A stretch of DNA of 64,000 nucleotides. Source: a virus. The stretch spans positions 11,134 to 75,133 of the IMG/VR virus record IMGVR_UViG_3300050821_005035; one strand, 5' to 3'. A program made the position numbers and the translations under genes. The first letter of the stretch is position 1; every line of letters begins with the position of its first letter. Shown piece after piece: positions 11,668 through 21,673 of this stretch. The notes beneath the pieces were generated by a model. The model worked only from the letters and a program-made list of their open reading frames with translations. It did not search any database and was not told where the DNA came from.

Positions 11668-12845
11668 TTGTATCCCAGGAAATATCCGTGAATAAGCTCG
11701 CCTACGTATCGAATGTCTTCAGGAGTTAGGTTCTGATGAATCCCGATCATGAACCCGCTGCGGGCCAGGTTTTGAGAGACCGGGTACTGCTCCATCATCC
11801 GGGGGAAAAGTTTCCTGTATGCGGGACTTTCCAAAAGTGGAAACATGTGGCGGGTTTCCACGCCGTGCTCTTCCAGATACATGAGCAGCTTCTCCCTGTC
11901 TACATACGGCTTGCAGATAATCGGGAACATCATCCACGAGTGAGTCGAGTCGTAAGGGACGTAAGGAAGTTGAATCTCCGAGATGCCGGAAAGAAGATTT
12001 ATCAGCTGGCTCGCGTTCGCCTGCCGTTTTGCTGCGTTTTGAGAGAAGTGTCCCAGTTCCGCTAGCGCCAGCGCGGCCTCTATTTCCGTTGCCCTGTAAG
12101 AATATCCGACCCGGTCGAACTTGAATCGGCGCTCGACTATGTTTTGAAGACCAGAACCTGTCAGCCCGTTGGCCGCGTCGATGCTCGAATACACGCTGTC
12201 GCGCCCGTGAGCCATTAAGGAGCGGCACAGTTCGGCCAGCTTACCATCGTTGGTTGTAACCAGACCGCCTACGCCGCCGACTATGTGGTGGTTGACGTAT
12301 GTGCTGAAGCATCCCATGTCCCCGAAGCTACCCACTGACTTTCCGTCAACTGTAGACCCAACCGATTCGCAGCTGTCCTCGATGACCTGCAGGCTGTGAC
12401 TCTCGGCGATGTACATAATCTCAGGCATCTCTGCGGGTAGTCCGAAGAGGTGAACCGGGATAATTGCGCGAGTTTTCCGTGTGATCTTCTCTCCTATTTT
12501 GCCTGAAGCCATATTGAAGGTTCTAGGATTGACGTCGACAAAGACCGGGACCATGTTGTTTTGAAGGACGATGTTGGATGTTGCGATGAAGGTCGTTGCG
12601 GGGACCAGAACCTCGTCGCCGTCTTTGTATCCGTGAACTTCTTTCAACGCTGTTAGCGCGACTTGGAGCGCGCTCGTTCCGCTGTTCATGAAGATGCCAT
12701 GCTTGCAGCCGTGCATCGCTGCGAACTTCTCCTCGAACTCTCGCGTGTACTTTCCGTATGAAAGCCTGTTCGTGTCGAGGCAGTCGTTCACATACCTCTT
12801 GCCTTGATCTGAGATAGACAGCGTTCCCAGCGTAATTTTTCTCAT
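11664..12845 (-). CDS. DegT/DnrJ-fold PLP/PMP enzyme, ColD-like sugar 3-dehydratase
   Basis: NSGTSAL, IEDSCES; FSTYVNHHIVGGVGG has His where aminotransferases have the Schiff-base Lys; no Cys cluster after HGRD as in RfbH/E1. Confidence 0.75.
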   Translation of the reverse strand: MRKITLGTLSISDQGKRYVNDCLDTNRLSYGKYTREFEEKFAAMHGCKHGIFMNSGTSALQVALTALKEVHGYKDGDEVLVPATTFIATSNIVLQNNMVPVFVDVNPRTFNMASGKIGEKITRKTRAIIPVHLFGLPAEMPEIMYIAESHSLQVIEDSCESVGSTVDGKSVGSFGDMGCFSTYVNHHIVGGVGGLVTTNDGKLAELCRSLMAHGRDSVYSSIDAANGLTGSGLQNIVERRFKFDRVGYSYRATEIEAALALAELGHFSQNAAKRQANASQLINLLSGISEIQLPYVPYDSTHSWMMFPIICKPYVDREKLLMYLEEHGVETRHMFPLLESPAYRKLFPRMMEQYPVSQNLARSGFMIGIHQNLTPEDIRYVGELIHGYFLGYK

Positions 12846-13411
12846 CGTCCCCCCGTGAACATGCTGTTCGGTCCTAACCACGATTCTCTGGCGGTTCTGG
12901 CGAACTTGTCACGGTCAGATAGAATCGGGTTATCCGTCAAAGGCCAGTCGATGCCGATGTCTGGGTCATTCCAAAGGACCGCCCGGTCTTCGCCGACGTA
13001 CTCGTCGCAGTTATATAGAACGATTGTGTTGGGTTCCAAGGCGCAGTATCCGCGCGCAAATCCTGCTGGCGCCCAGACTTGATAATTATTACGCTCGTGA
13101 GCGATGACGTTGTGGTACCTCAAAAATGTGGGAGAATTCATGCGGATATCGACGGCCACCAGGTAAGCCGCGCCGTTGATGACCTGCATCAGCTTCCCCA
13201 TCGGCGGGTCTAGCTGGTAGTGAAGGCCCCGGATGACTCCGCGCTCCGAGCGGGAGACCATCTGTCGAAGGACGCGGGACGGGAAACAAAACAGTGGGTC
13301 GTCTTGTAGCCGGGTCACAGTTAACGAGCCTCGGTTATCTGAGAAGGTTGTTGGTTGAATGACCTTGACTTCTCCGTTGAAGTGCTCGTCTACAATTTCA
13401 AAGAGTCTCAT
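12842..13411 (-). CDS. rmlC: NDP-4-keto-6-deoxyhexose 3,5-epimerase (RmlC family)
   Basis: DNRG, GVIRGLHYQ, VAVDIR..SPTF, WAPAGFARGY, WNDPDIGIDWP, LSDRD. Confidence 0.9.
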   Translation of the reverse strand: MRLFEIVDEHFNGEVKVIQPTTFSDNRGSLTVTRLQDDPLFCFPSRVLRQMVSRSERGVIRGLHYQLDPPMGKLMQVINGAAYLVAVDIRMNSPTFLRYHNVIAHERNNYQVWAPAGFARGYCALEPNTIVLYNCDEYVGEDRAVLWNDPDIGIDWPLTDNPILSDRDKFARTARESWLGPNSMFTGGR

Positions 13412-14397
13412 AGTCCACCTTTATGCCACTCGATTGTGTTTCTTAATCCCTCTTCCAGTCCCACAAAATGTGCTTTCTTAAACTCGTTCATAACCCGCCA
13501 GACGTCCATCACGACGTTGCCTGACGCGCCTGCCATCTGGTTTGAGCCGGTAAAGAGTCGGGAGCCGGATAGCCGGGCGATCTCGCAGGCGACGTTCTCG
13601 ATGGTGTAGCTGTTTGGAGAGCCGACATTGTACACGGCCTTCGTGCCGTGGAGGAGAATATTCCACATGATCTCGACCGCGTCTCTAATGTAGCAGAAGG
13701 TACGTAGCTCGTCCCCGGAAAATTTCATCGCAACCACCCCGTCTTTCAAAGACTGGTCGATGAACGTGCTGACCGCTCTGGAATCGCCTCGTCGAGCGCC
13801 AGGCCCGTATACGAGAGACAGCCTTGCAGACTGCGCGTCGACGACTCCGGTTTCACGGAACGCGTTTACGACAGCCTCTCCGCAGCGTTTGCCTTCGATG
13901 TACCCGGCCCTGGGGTGATACGGGTTAGTGGTTCCGATCTGATACTCGTCCGCGTTACTCAGCCCGCTGTAAACCTCGGAGGAGCTAGCGAAGAGAAACT
14001 TTCCACCAGGCTTCAAATATTGTAGCAGCTGGCGGGTCCACTCCACGTTGATGCGAATGGTCTCCGCTGGATTCTTTGTGAACCGGGAAGGCTGCGCGTA
14101 CCCGGCGAGATGAATCACCGCGTCTAGGTCGGTGAAGACATTCTGTTCTGATAACAGCTGGATATCATCCAGGCAGGCGATCTCCTTGGTGTGGTCCTCT
14201 GGCTCCGAGTGGCAGTAGCCGTACGCCTTAATCTTCATACCGTCGTTCTTCAAGAGACCCAGGGTCGCTAGGAAGTGCGTCCCGATCTGGCCTGTGGCGC
14301 CGGTGACCAGGACAGACTTTCCCTCCAGCCAGCTGAAGTCCACGGCCTCGATGACCTTGTGCGCGTCCGAGTAGATGATGCCAAGCCTATTTTTCAC
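13408..14397 (-). CDS. NAD-dependent sugar epimerase/reductase (extended SDR)
   Basis: VLVTGATGQIG, HLAG, FASSSEVY, YIEGK; GTG start behind GGAG. Confidence 0.9.
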   Translation of the reverse strand: MKNRLGIIYSDAHKVIEAVDFSWLEGKSVLVTGATGQIGTHFLATLGLLKNDGMKIKAYGYCHSEPEDHTKEIACLDDIQLLSEQNVFTDLDAVIHLAGYAQPSRFTKNPAETIRINVEWTRQLLQYLKPGGKFLFASSSEVYSGLSNADEYQIGTTNPYHPRAGYIEGKRCGEAVVNAFRETGVVDAQSARLSLVYGPGARRGDSRAVSTFIDQSLKDGVVAMKFSGDELRTFCYIRDAVEIMWNILLHGTKAVYNVGSPNSYTIENVACEIARLSGSRLFTGSNQMAGASGNVVMDVWRVMNEFKKAHFVGLEEGLRNTIEWHKGGL

Positions 14398-14926
14398 TAT
14401 AGTAGTCTCCGAATTCCACGCATATAGTAGCACGTCCGTCCGTTCTTGTCAAGGCCTTTTCGTAGGCCGGGAAGATGTCCTCTGGCTCGTCTAGCCGGAT
14501 GACCTCGACCGTCGTCAGCATTTGTCTCAGCGGTTCTGTGAAGTCGCCGACATGCTGCGCTTGAGGATGCAAAGGCCTTTCACTCCCTATTCCCACTCGA
14601 ACAATTACATTAGGGCAATAACCATTCTGGCTCATTTGAGAAAGTTTGTCAAGGTGTAAAATCAGCTGATTCATGGCGAGCAACAAAAAGTTGTACCGGG
14701 GATATATTGTCACCGGGATGAAGCCAGCGAGGGCCAGACCGATACTCGCTCCTAGCTGTAATTCTTCCGCAACGGGAAATTCTGTGAGCTTTTCTTTAGG
14801 AACATTGACGAGCGTGCCGCTCATACCGGTTCCAGGATAAGCGACCGCTTGCCCTAAGAAAATCGTGCGAGGGTCGGCTCCCAGATAATCCATAGCTCTG
14901 GTTAGTTCTTGTTGGTATTTTCCCAT
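14387..14926 (-). CDS. ThDP-dependent enzyme, pyrimidine-binding subunit (E1-beta/transketolase-like)
   Basis: IFLGQAV, EFPVAEELQLGASIGLALAG, AMNQL, QH motif; lacks the C-terminal domain. Confidence 0.85.
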   Translation of the reverse strand: MGKYQQELTRAMDYLGADPRTIFLGQAVAYPGTGMSGTLVNVPKEKLTEFPVAEELQLGASIGLALAGFIPVTIYPRYNFLLLAMNQLILHLDKLSQMSQNGYCPNVIVRVGIGSERPLHPQAQHVGDFTEPLRQMLTTVEVIRLDEPEDIFPAYEKALTRTDGRATICVEFGDYYSEK

Positions 14927-15555
14927 CAGAAGGTCACTCTTTTCCCTGCCCCAGCGTGGGGCCACTTCTCGGCCTTGTATCTAAAATGCGTAACGTGATC
15001 TGAGAACTTACTTTTGTGTTCTGCGTCTGTTGTAAACTCGTCGCCGAATTCGTTCTTCAATCCCCACGCCAGTCGAGTATCCGTGCAGACAGAAAGGTTG
15101 TTGTCCTCGACGTGGAAGTATACTGGTAGATCAAAATTTTCTACGTACTTAATGCTTTCGTAAGCTATCCCTGTTTCGGCTGTCATGTCACCTAGAAAAA
15201 TATGGACGCGCTCATTACCACATCTGCGCTGGATAGCCATGCCAAGGCCTACACCGATGGGTAAAACCCCACCAATGATTGCACTAGATAAAATGCGGTA
15301 CTCAGGAAAGCTGAGAGCAATTGAGTATCCAGCCATAATCTTGGTTTTCAACTCTGCGGGAGGCACTCCTTTTAAAAGGCAGGGGTAATGGCTTCTCCAC
15401 GAACAAAGCACCCAATCTTGGGCGCGTATGCCTTTGAAGATTTCGATCAGTTCTTTCTCCCCGCCAGAGTAAAGATGAGTAGGACTTCTTATCAGACCAG
15501 CGTTAAACTCAGCGGCGATGTCATCTTCGAATGCTATTAGTTCTTCCGGTGTCAT
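14926..15555 (-). CDS. ThDP-dependent enzyme, diphosphate-binding subunit (E1-alpha-like)
   Basis: HLYSGGE, WRSHY, SAIIGG, GDMTAETG...EDNN thiamine-diphosphate motif. Confidence 0.85.
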   Translation of the reverse strand: MTPEELIAFEDDIAAEFNAGLIRSPTHLYSGGEKELIEIFKGIRAQDWVLCSWRSHYPCLLKGVPPAELKTKIMAGYSIALSFPEYRILSSAIIGGVLPIGVGLGMAIQRRCGNERVHIFLGDMTAETGIAYESIKYVENFDLPVYFHVEDNNLSVCTDTRLAWGLKNEFGDEFTTDAEHKSKFSDHVTHFRYKAEKWPHAGAGKRVTF

Positions 15556-15556
15556 G

Positions 15557-16354
15557 TTATCTCCAGAGGTCCGGGTGCAGCAGGTGAATCAACCGCACCA
15601 GTCCGCCGTGTACTTTCGTGGCTTGTGTTATCATAGAAACTTTTTTGACTCGGTAGTGGAACAAAGGCTCGTTTACCACCCCGACGGTCCAACCGCGCTT
15701 CAAGATGTCGAGCCACATATTCCAGTCCTCGTATCCGAGAACTTTCGTGCTGCCCGCGACGTCGACGAAGATAGTCTCGTATCCGGGGGTTTGTTCGAAG
15801 GCCGTGCGGCGAATCAAAGAGCATACAGGAAGGTCATTGCTGACCATCTCGCTCGCGAGAGACAGTCCCTTCGGCGGGATGCGGTTGTGCAACAGTCCCT
15901 CGTACTGCATGTCCGTCGACACGATGCCGATGCCTTGGTTAACCATCAAGGGAACTGTGCGCTCCAAGTAGTTGGCCTCGATCCAGTCGTCGGAATCGAG
16001 GGGGAGGATAAACTCTCCGTCTCCAGCTTTTATGCCCTCGTTCCTGGACGTTGAGAGGCCTCGGTTCTCCCGGTCAATAATTTTCAGATTCCCGTTGAAG
16101 TTCCAGCACCCGGGGACTGGTTCCATCATCTCAGCTTCCGCGTAACGCTTGACCATCAACTCTCTCATCTCTCCGTTCCAACGGTCTACTATCTCTCGCA
16201 CGACCACCATCGAGTGGTCCGTGGAGCCGTCGTTGACTAGGGTTACATCGAAGTCCGGGTACGTCTGGGCCAACGCAGAATTCAAGCACTGCTCGATAAA
16301 TTCCTCTTGGTTGAAAAGAGGAATCACGATGTTGACTTTGCCGACCTTAATCAT
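15557..16354 (-). CDS. glycosyltransferase family 2
   Basis: IVIPLFNQE, VNDGSTD, NRGLSTSRN, LDSDD, YEDW. Confidence 0.92.
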   Translation of the reverse strand: MIKVGKVNIVIPLFNQEEFIEQCLNSALAQTYPDFDVTLVNDGSTDHSMVVVREIVDRWNGEMRELMVKRYAEAEMMEPVPGCWNFNGNLKIIDRENRGLSTSRNEGIKAGDGEFILPLDSDDWIEANYLERTVPLMVNQGIGIVSTDMQYEGLLHNRIPPKGLSLASEMVSNDLPVCSLIRRTAFEQTPGYETIFVDVAGSTKVLGYEDWNMWLDILKRGWTVGVVNEPLFHYRVKKVSMITQATKVHGGLVRLIHLLHPDLWR

Positions 16355-17064
16355 AGCCTGGTCCACCTTTCGGGTACGATATCCGAGTAATCTACATCTG
16401 GATTTGAGAACCACTTCTTCGGCGCCACAACCAACTTCTGGGGGCCGAGCCACGCTCCCCACCACCCATAGCTGCTGTTGGCGATCACTTGGTACTCGCA
16501 GCTGGAGATAAGCGTTAAGTCCTCGTACTTGTTTCCGCCCTCGATGACCTTGAAGTCGGAGGGAAAGTTTTCCTTACACCATTGGCGGTCATCGGAGAAT
16601 ACCATCACAGGAACAAGTGCTCCCACTTCGCGCCGGATATGGGCGACCCCTTCTCGGTAATAGTCGAGAGTCGGCAGGCCGTGAAAGTGCTCCAGTCCGA
16701 CGTAGTCTTGGCGACGGACGTGAACTGCGATAAAGGGAAGCAGAGGCCTGTTATTGAGAGGGAAGGCCAGACGAACCATCTGAGTGAAATACTTTTCTGA
16801 CTGCCAGTAACCAATCATCGTGCAGTCTTCTGTTGGTTCCAGGTAGCTGGGGTTGTACCTCATGCCGTCTTCATAGACTTCTCTGCCACTCGATTTACCG
16901 TCGGCCTTTATTCCGAAGTATCCGAGAGAGTACTCGCGATGGGTGCCCTCGATCAAATAGGACCTGTCCAGCTGGACCTCATAGCCTCTGTCTTGCAGCG
17001 TCATAGCGAAGGCACACTGAAACATCTGGTTGCATAACCCGCCAAGTAGTCGTACCGTAATCAT
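16351..17064 (-). CDS. glycosyltransferase family 11 (alpha-1,2-fucosyl/colitosyltransferase-like)
   Basis: GGLCNQMFQ, GYWQSEKYF, AVHVRRQDY, FSDD, IANSSYGWWGAWL. Confidence 0.92.
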   Translation of the reverse strand: MITVRLLGGLCNQMFQCAFAMTLQDRGYEVQLDRSYLIEGTHREYSLGYFGIKADGKSSGREVYEDGMRYNPSYLEPTEDCTMIGYWQSEKYFTQMVRLAFPLNNRPLLPFIAVHVRRQDYVGLEHFHGLPTLDYYREGVAHIRREVGALVPVMVFSDDRQWCKENFPSDFKVIEGGNKYEDLTLISSCEYQVIANSSYGWWGAWLGPQKLVVAPKKWFSNPDVDYSDIVPERWTRL

Positions 17065-17756
17065 CGCGCGCCCTTATTCAGCGCCAGAATCTTTGGCGTG
17101 ACGTTCAGTCCCGCTGCCTTCCACTTGTCTGTGTAATACGCGGACGCGCTTTCCGGGTAGCAGTAAGAGGGATCGAGAACCGTACAAGGCGGGTGCTCGT
17201 GAAGGTAGCGATTCAAGTGCGATTCGTCATGCCATACTGCGAGCACTCCGCAAGATTCATCCACACTGATGTGATAAGCTAGATCGGTAGCCATTCTCAA
17301 AAATGTTGAGGTTGCGCCGCCGTTGAATCCCCCACAAAAGTATTTATTTGCAGAACCTGGAGCAATAGAGGCCACTGAGTGTATTCTCCGTTCCGGAGTC
17401 CCGCACGAGCCAACGTATCCTGGGTGCAGGGTAGCGGTTATGCCGTTGGAGAAGACTTCCTCCCCGACCGGAGCGACAAATCGCATATCAGAGTCTATCC
17501 AAAAAACTTGGTCGTACCCTTTCAATAGCCACTCCTGATTCAGAATTGTGTGATACCTGTATAGCGTTTCCTTGGGGAAACCGAGAGCTTTCTTGGTTAG
17601 TACAAATTTCGCATCGAAGGTGCTGGCCGCTTCCAGAGTATCCGTCCACACAATCGCATCGTGTTCGACAAAAAACTCTTGAGCAGATTCCAAAAGTGGT
17701 GGTACGAATGCATGGTACTTTTCTCCTGTGGCGATCACGAGCAGAGCGGTCTTCAC
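17061..17756 (-). CDS. glycosyltransferase family 6 (ABO-like alpha-1,3-Gal/GalNAc transferase)
   Basis: IATGEKY, DSDM, LHPGY, YFCGGFNGG, AVWHDESHLNRY, LDPSYCYPE. Confidence 0.9.
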   Translation of the reverse strand: MKTALLVIATGEKYHAFVPPLLESAQEFFVEHDAIVWTDTLEAASTFDAKFVLTKKALGFPKETLYRYHTILNQEWLLKGYDQVFWIDSDMRFVAPVGEEVFSNGITATLHPGYVGSCGTPERRIHSVASIAPGSANKYFCGGFNGGATSTFLRMATDLAYHISVDESCGVLAVWHDESHLNRYLHEHPPCTVLDPSYCYPESASAYYTDKWKAAGLNVTPKILALNKGAR

Positions 17757-18442
17757 GAATTCACCGTCCGGTACACGAGGTCCGCTGTTTCCATCCAGCG
17801 GTACTCAAGCTTATACCCCGACTTGTACTGCGACGACGGGAAGTGCGACGAGTAAGAGTTAGCAGGCAGGTCGAGCGCGATCATGTCGCCTCTTGCTAGT
17901 TCCTTGCCGAGCACCTGGCCCACCCATAGGTCTTCGGCCCACCCGTGAGGGAACGTGTCCGCGATCACGCACATCGCGTCTCTAGAAAGGAAGTAGCCAA
18001 AACCGCCGCTGGCCCAGGGATAGCACTCCGGGATGTGAGTAACAATGCCACGGCGATCAATCGCGTCGTAAGGGAAGGTCTCGCCTATCGGCTTGCTGAT
18101 CTTGCCCGTGTAGTCGTAACGCTGGTAGCCGCAGGTCAGCAGCTGGTTCACCTTCACGTACGTGTCGGTGTCCGCTAAAAACAGATGATCTACGTTCTTC
18201 CCAAAGGCCCACTGACATATCGCTCGTGTCTTTGATGGCAGAGAATTGTAGTCATCTTCTGTATCGACTACGACCTCATCGCTTTTATAAACACGACTAG
18301 TCCTTCCATCTCTTTCTGCTCCCACGAAAAATTTTAGATGCGCTTTGCCTCTCAGTTCCTGCCCCCACGTTTTTCTAATCACGTCGTGGTACCCGTTATC
18401 TAAGTCGGCCTTGCAGCTTTTAATTGCTATAATTAGGCTCAT
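17753..18442 (-). CDS. glycosyltransferase family 31 (beta-1,3-galactosyltransferase-like)
   Basis: IRKTW, FFVG, DDYNSLPSKT, DTDTYV, YPWASGGFGYFLS, EDLWVG. Confidence 0.85.
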   Translation of the reverse strand: MSLIIAIKSCKADLDNGYHDVIRKTWGQELRGKAHLKFFVGAERDGRTSRVYKSDEVVVDTEDDYNSLPSKTRAICQWAFGKNVDHLFLADTDTYVKVNQLLTCGYQRYDYTGKISKPIGETFPYDAIDRRGIVTHIPECYPWASGGFGYFLSRDAMCVIADTFPHGWAEDLWVGQVLGKELARGDMIALDLPANSYSSHFPSSQYKSGYKLEYRWMETADLVYRTVNS

Positions 18443-18939
18443 TTTATCTCCGGTTTGAAAGACGTTCCACAATTTGGGCAGCATACTTTACGTACTCGAT
18501 TACCCGCTTGTTCTTTTGATGTTGCCCATCGAACGTTTCCTGGTTCGTAATTACCATCATTATCAATTCTATCGACAGAGTGTTTTAAACTAGGTCGAGG
18601 TCCAATATCCTGAATAAACTCGCGGAAATCTGTGAATAAAAATTTTATTCCACGGCCTCCGTAGTTCATCCAAGCCTTGTGCTTCGGATTCGTACACAGC
18701 AGCTTTGCAGACGCAAAAATTCTGTGCTCTCTTGTTCCGTAAACTCCGTGCGTTATTTTGTAGCAGGTATGGCACGCTTTTGTATCCCCGCTATTTAAAG
18801 CCGCCGTTCTAACTTTGGCAGTACGTCCACATATACAAAAACACAGCCACACGGTCGCTCTTTGCTGCCTTCCTGCAGGCCATGCAACCGTTAGTTTTCC
18901 AAAAATCATTCCTGATAAATCTTCGAAATCCGACCTCAT
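18439..18939 (-). CDS. HNH homing endonuclease
   Basis: FGKLTV, WLCFCICG, YGGRGI, SVDRIDNDGNYEPGNVRWAT; AT-richer than its flanks. Confidence 0.88.
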   Translation of the reverse strand: MRSDFEDLSGMIFGKLTVAWPAGRQQRATVWLCFCICGRTAKVRTAALNSGDTKACHTCYKITHGVYGTREHRIFASAKLLCTNPKHKAWMNYGGRGIKFLFTDFREFIQDIGPRPSLKHSVDRIDNDGNYEPGNVRWATSKEQAGNRVRKVCCPNCGTSFKPEIK

Positions 18940-19703
18940 AACTTAACCTCTTCGTCGAAGCCAAAATATTTCTTAATTCCCCGCTTCTTCATCATCAGCG
19001 CGTGCCCGGTCGTGAGGGCACGTTGTCGGAACGCTTTGTATCTGGGGTCCTGCTTCGAGGCATCATATTCCATCTGATTTATATTTGCTTCCTGAAGGAA
19101 CGCGACTACGATTTTTGCGGCCTTCAAATCAAGAAAGAAATCCACGTGTTCCCCGCCAATTTTAACTATACTTTCATCCCACGGTACGGCTCGAAGAATA
19201 CTGGTGCGCGCTAGAAAATAATTGGCCGCGATGTCGACCTTCCAAAGTTTGAACGGCAGAAGACGAAAAGGCAAATCCCCTAATGGGCGGCGATGTTCTT
19301 TAATATACTCGCCTGGTACGTATTCAAGGGTTCCTTCATAACATCTATCATTGACTCTGCCAGCGACTACGTCGATTTCGTATCCCATGTTTACTTCTGA
19401 TGAGCTTAATGCCTTTTCCATCTTGATAATCCCTTCTCGCGCTTCGTCTGTTGAGAAGTCAAAATCATCTGAGCCAATTAGCGTGTACCGCGTTTGAACT
19501 TGCGCGACGCCCGCGTTCCGCTTTGCGGTGAGACCTGAGTCGTAGGGCAGATAAATCTCGTTCGCCGTTTGAGGAATCACTCCGTCGTCCGATACGACTA
19601 TGACATCGCACTCCGGCAGGTTCTCCCGGATGCCAGCGAGGCAGTCCCTTAGGTAGCCTCGACGGTGGAATGTCGGGATGACGATTGTTATGTCACCTAG
19701 CAT
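18936..19703 (-). CDS. GT-A glycosyltransferase resembling the GT12 (B4GALNT) catalytic domain
   Basis: ITIVIPTFHR, GLTAKRNAGVAQVQTRY, DDFDF, NYFLART, EHVDFFLD. Confidence 0.7.
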   Translation of the reverse strand: MLGDITIVIPTFHRRGYLRDCLAGIRENLPECDVIVVSDDGVIPQTANEIYLPYDSGLTAKRNAGVAQVQTRYTLIGSDDFDFSTDEAREGIIKMEKALSSSEVNMGYEIDVVAGRVNDRCYEGTLEYVPGEYIKEHRRPLGDLPFRLLPFKLWKVDIAANYFLARTSILRAVPWDESIVKIGGEHVDFFLDLKAAKIVVAFLQEANINQMEYDASKQDPRYKAFRQRALTTGHALMMKKRGIKKYFGFDEEVKL

Positions 19704-20040
19704 ACACGTCCTGATTTCCCGATGTACCTTATGCAGCGCGATATTTCCTTAGACGTTGGAGGTGTGTAAACCGGATAAAATGTCTGCTTCACCGTGACGT
19801 CGTACTCGGCTGGACTCAAGCATCCACCCGGGCCATAAACTCGGAAACGGTAATTGTAAGAGGCTCCGTCGTGATAGAAGCCGGGAGGGAACTCTGCCAT
19901 ATCAGCTTCCGGCTGCTTCTCTTTTAATGCGGTGAGCGATAGAGTGTATATCCATCGCTCAACGGACTCAGCCGCGTACTCGGAGAACTCTTTCACCAAC
20001 TCTTTCGAGTCGGTCTTGTGGACGGAGTGGAACTCCCAGT

Positions 20041-21260
20041 TCACAACAGTCCTTTGTTGATGCGCTTCGACACGTCAGCGCGGCGCCGGGCTGCACGGTC
20101 GCTGGCCTCGCGCTCTTCCCTGATATCTCGGGCGGCTAGCACGCGTGAGCGTTGGAGGTTAGCCTCGAACGATTCCTTCGAGCCGTCGAGCAGGAAGTGT
20201 AGGGATTCAAATACTTCCCTGGTCTTCTGGATGAGAATCAGCTTGATTCGTGAGTAATGCGGCTTCAGCCTTTTCTTCGCGTAAGACTGTCGGCCCATGA
20301 CCTGGCCTCTGGTAGGCTTCTCGTCCGGTCGCATGCAGGTGCGGTAGTCGGGGACCAACTCGCCCTTGTCATCCTCTCGGAAGTATTCGTAGTCGCCGAT
20401 ACTGTACGTGAAAACTTGCTCGCACTTCTTCTCGTTCTTCCGGTGACGGGTGCTGCAGATGTGGCACTTGAACATTTTCCCAAGTTCCGGGTGACGCTCG
20501 CTGTAAGACAGATTTCCAATGCTGGCTAGCGCCTTGTCAACTGCTGCCTGCAGTTCTATTGATGCGATAAACTCTTCCATTAAACTGACCTCCCGTAGTC
20601 AAAGTCTCGTCCTTCTCCGCGCATCGCGTTGTTGTCCGGCTCAAATCTGATGGGCACTGGCGAGTAAGGCGGGTAGTTCGCGTCCTCGTACTCGGCCCAG
20701 GCCTCTTCGAACTCTTCGTTGGTCACGCCGACAGCCAGCTGGCGAAGGCGGTCTTTGATAATCAACATCCCGTACTCCTCGATTCTTTCCACGGCCTCTT
20801 TGACTCCTGAGACATACGCGCGCTCGATGTGCTCACTTTCAATCGTCGCCACGCGGGGTGTCTTCGGCGCGAGCCACTTGCGCTTCTTCCTCTCGCTCTC
20901 GTCGACCGAGTCAGCCGAGGTGTAAACTATGTCGGTGCCGGGGATGTCTTCCGTATAAGACTCCTCCTGCTTCCCGGTTCCGGAGCACTTGGCGCAAATC
21001 TTAACGTCCTGCCCGCCCTTGCAGTGGGAGCAGATAACGTCTCTAACGCCACGGGTGCGCGACACCACAATCCACTTGGCCTCGCCGCGCTTCACGATGG
21101 CAGTGGCCTCCGTGATGTTGATAATCAGGCGGCAAGAGCACTTCGGCGCCGGTGGTTCTTTCTCTTCTAAGACTACTGCTTCCTGCCCACGGCATGAGTG
21201 AATTTTCGAAACGTACATAGGGTCTCCGGTGTTGCTCACCAGTTCCCCCGTTGGGGTCAC
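20041..21260 (-). other. two hypothetical zinc-finger proteins (20041..20580, 20580..21260)
   Basis: CxxC motifs, one DnaJ-like (CSHCKG...CAKCSGTG). Confidence 0.55.
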
Positions 21261-21673
21261 ATATTCGGTGGTCGTCTCAGCGGTCCGGTATTATTGGCGC
21301 GCTGTCCTCTGGCGACTCGGCGCATGATTTTAAACGCCATCTTGGTTGCGTTAAGGGTCATGCCCATCTCCTTGGCTACCTGGGAGTTGGACATCTGGAC
21401 CCGATAGTAGAGATGAATAAGGCGGACCCAGCGGCCCGCACGGATAGCTTGCGCGTTGTTGGTGCGCAGCTTCGGGAAGGAGCGGAGAAGAACGGTCCGG
21501 ACTTCCTTGTCGCTCAACGTCCACTCTGGTATATTGCGCTCCCTGGTGCGAACCTTCTTGATCTTGTGCGCGCTCATGAAGCCGTCGTCTGTGTCCAACC
21601 GCGACCGTAGTTTCTTCATATCCCTTCTTCTCTGGTCACTTGCCATCGGCTTCCTCCAGTGTTCCGTTGTCAT
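21257..21673 (-). CDS. HTH protein (sigma region 4-like)
   Basis: LYYRVQMSNSQVAKEMGMTLNATK. Confidence 0.55.
   Translation of the reverse strand: MTTEHWRKPMASDQRRRDMKKLRSRLDTDDGFMSAHKIKKVRTRERNIPEWTLSDKEVRTVLLRSFPKLRTNNAQAIRAGRWVRLIHLYYRVQMSNSQVAKEMGMTLNATKMAFKIMRRVARGQRANNTGPLRRPPNM

Noticed and set aside
14387-15555. Pyruvate dehydrogenase auxiliary metabolic genes
   Set aside because: Both subunits are shortened, E2 and E3 are absent, and the genes are embedded in a nucleotide-sugar operon.
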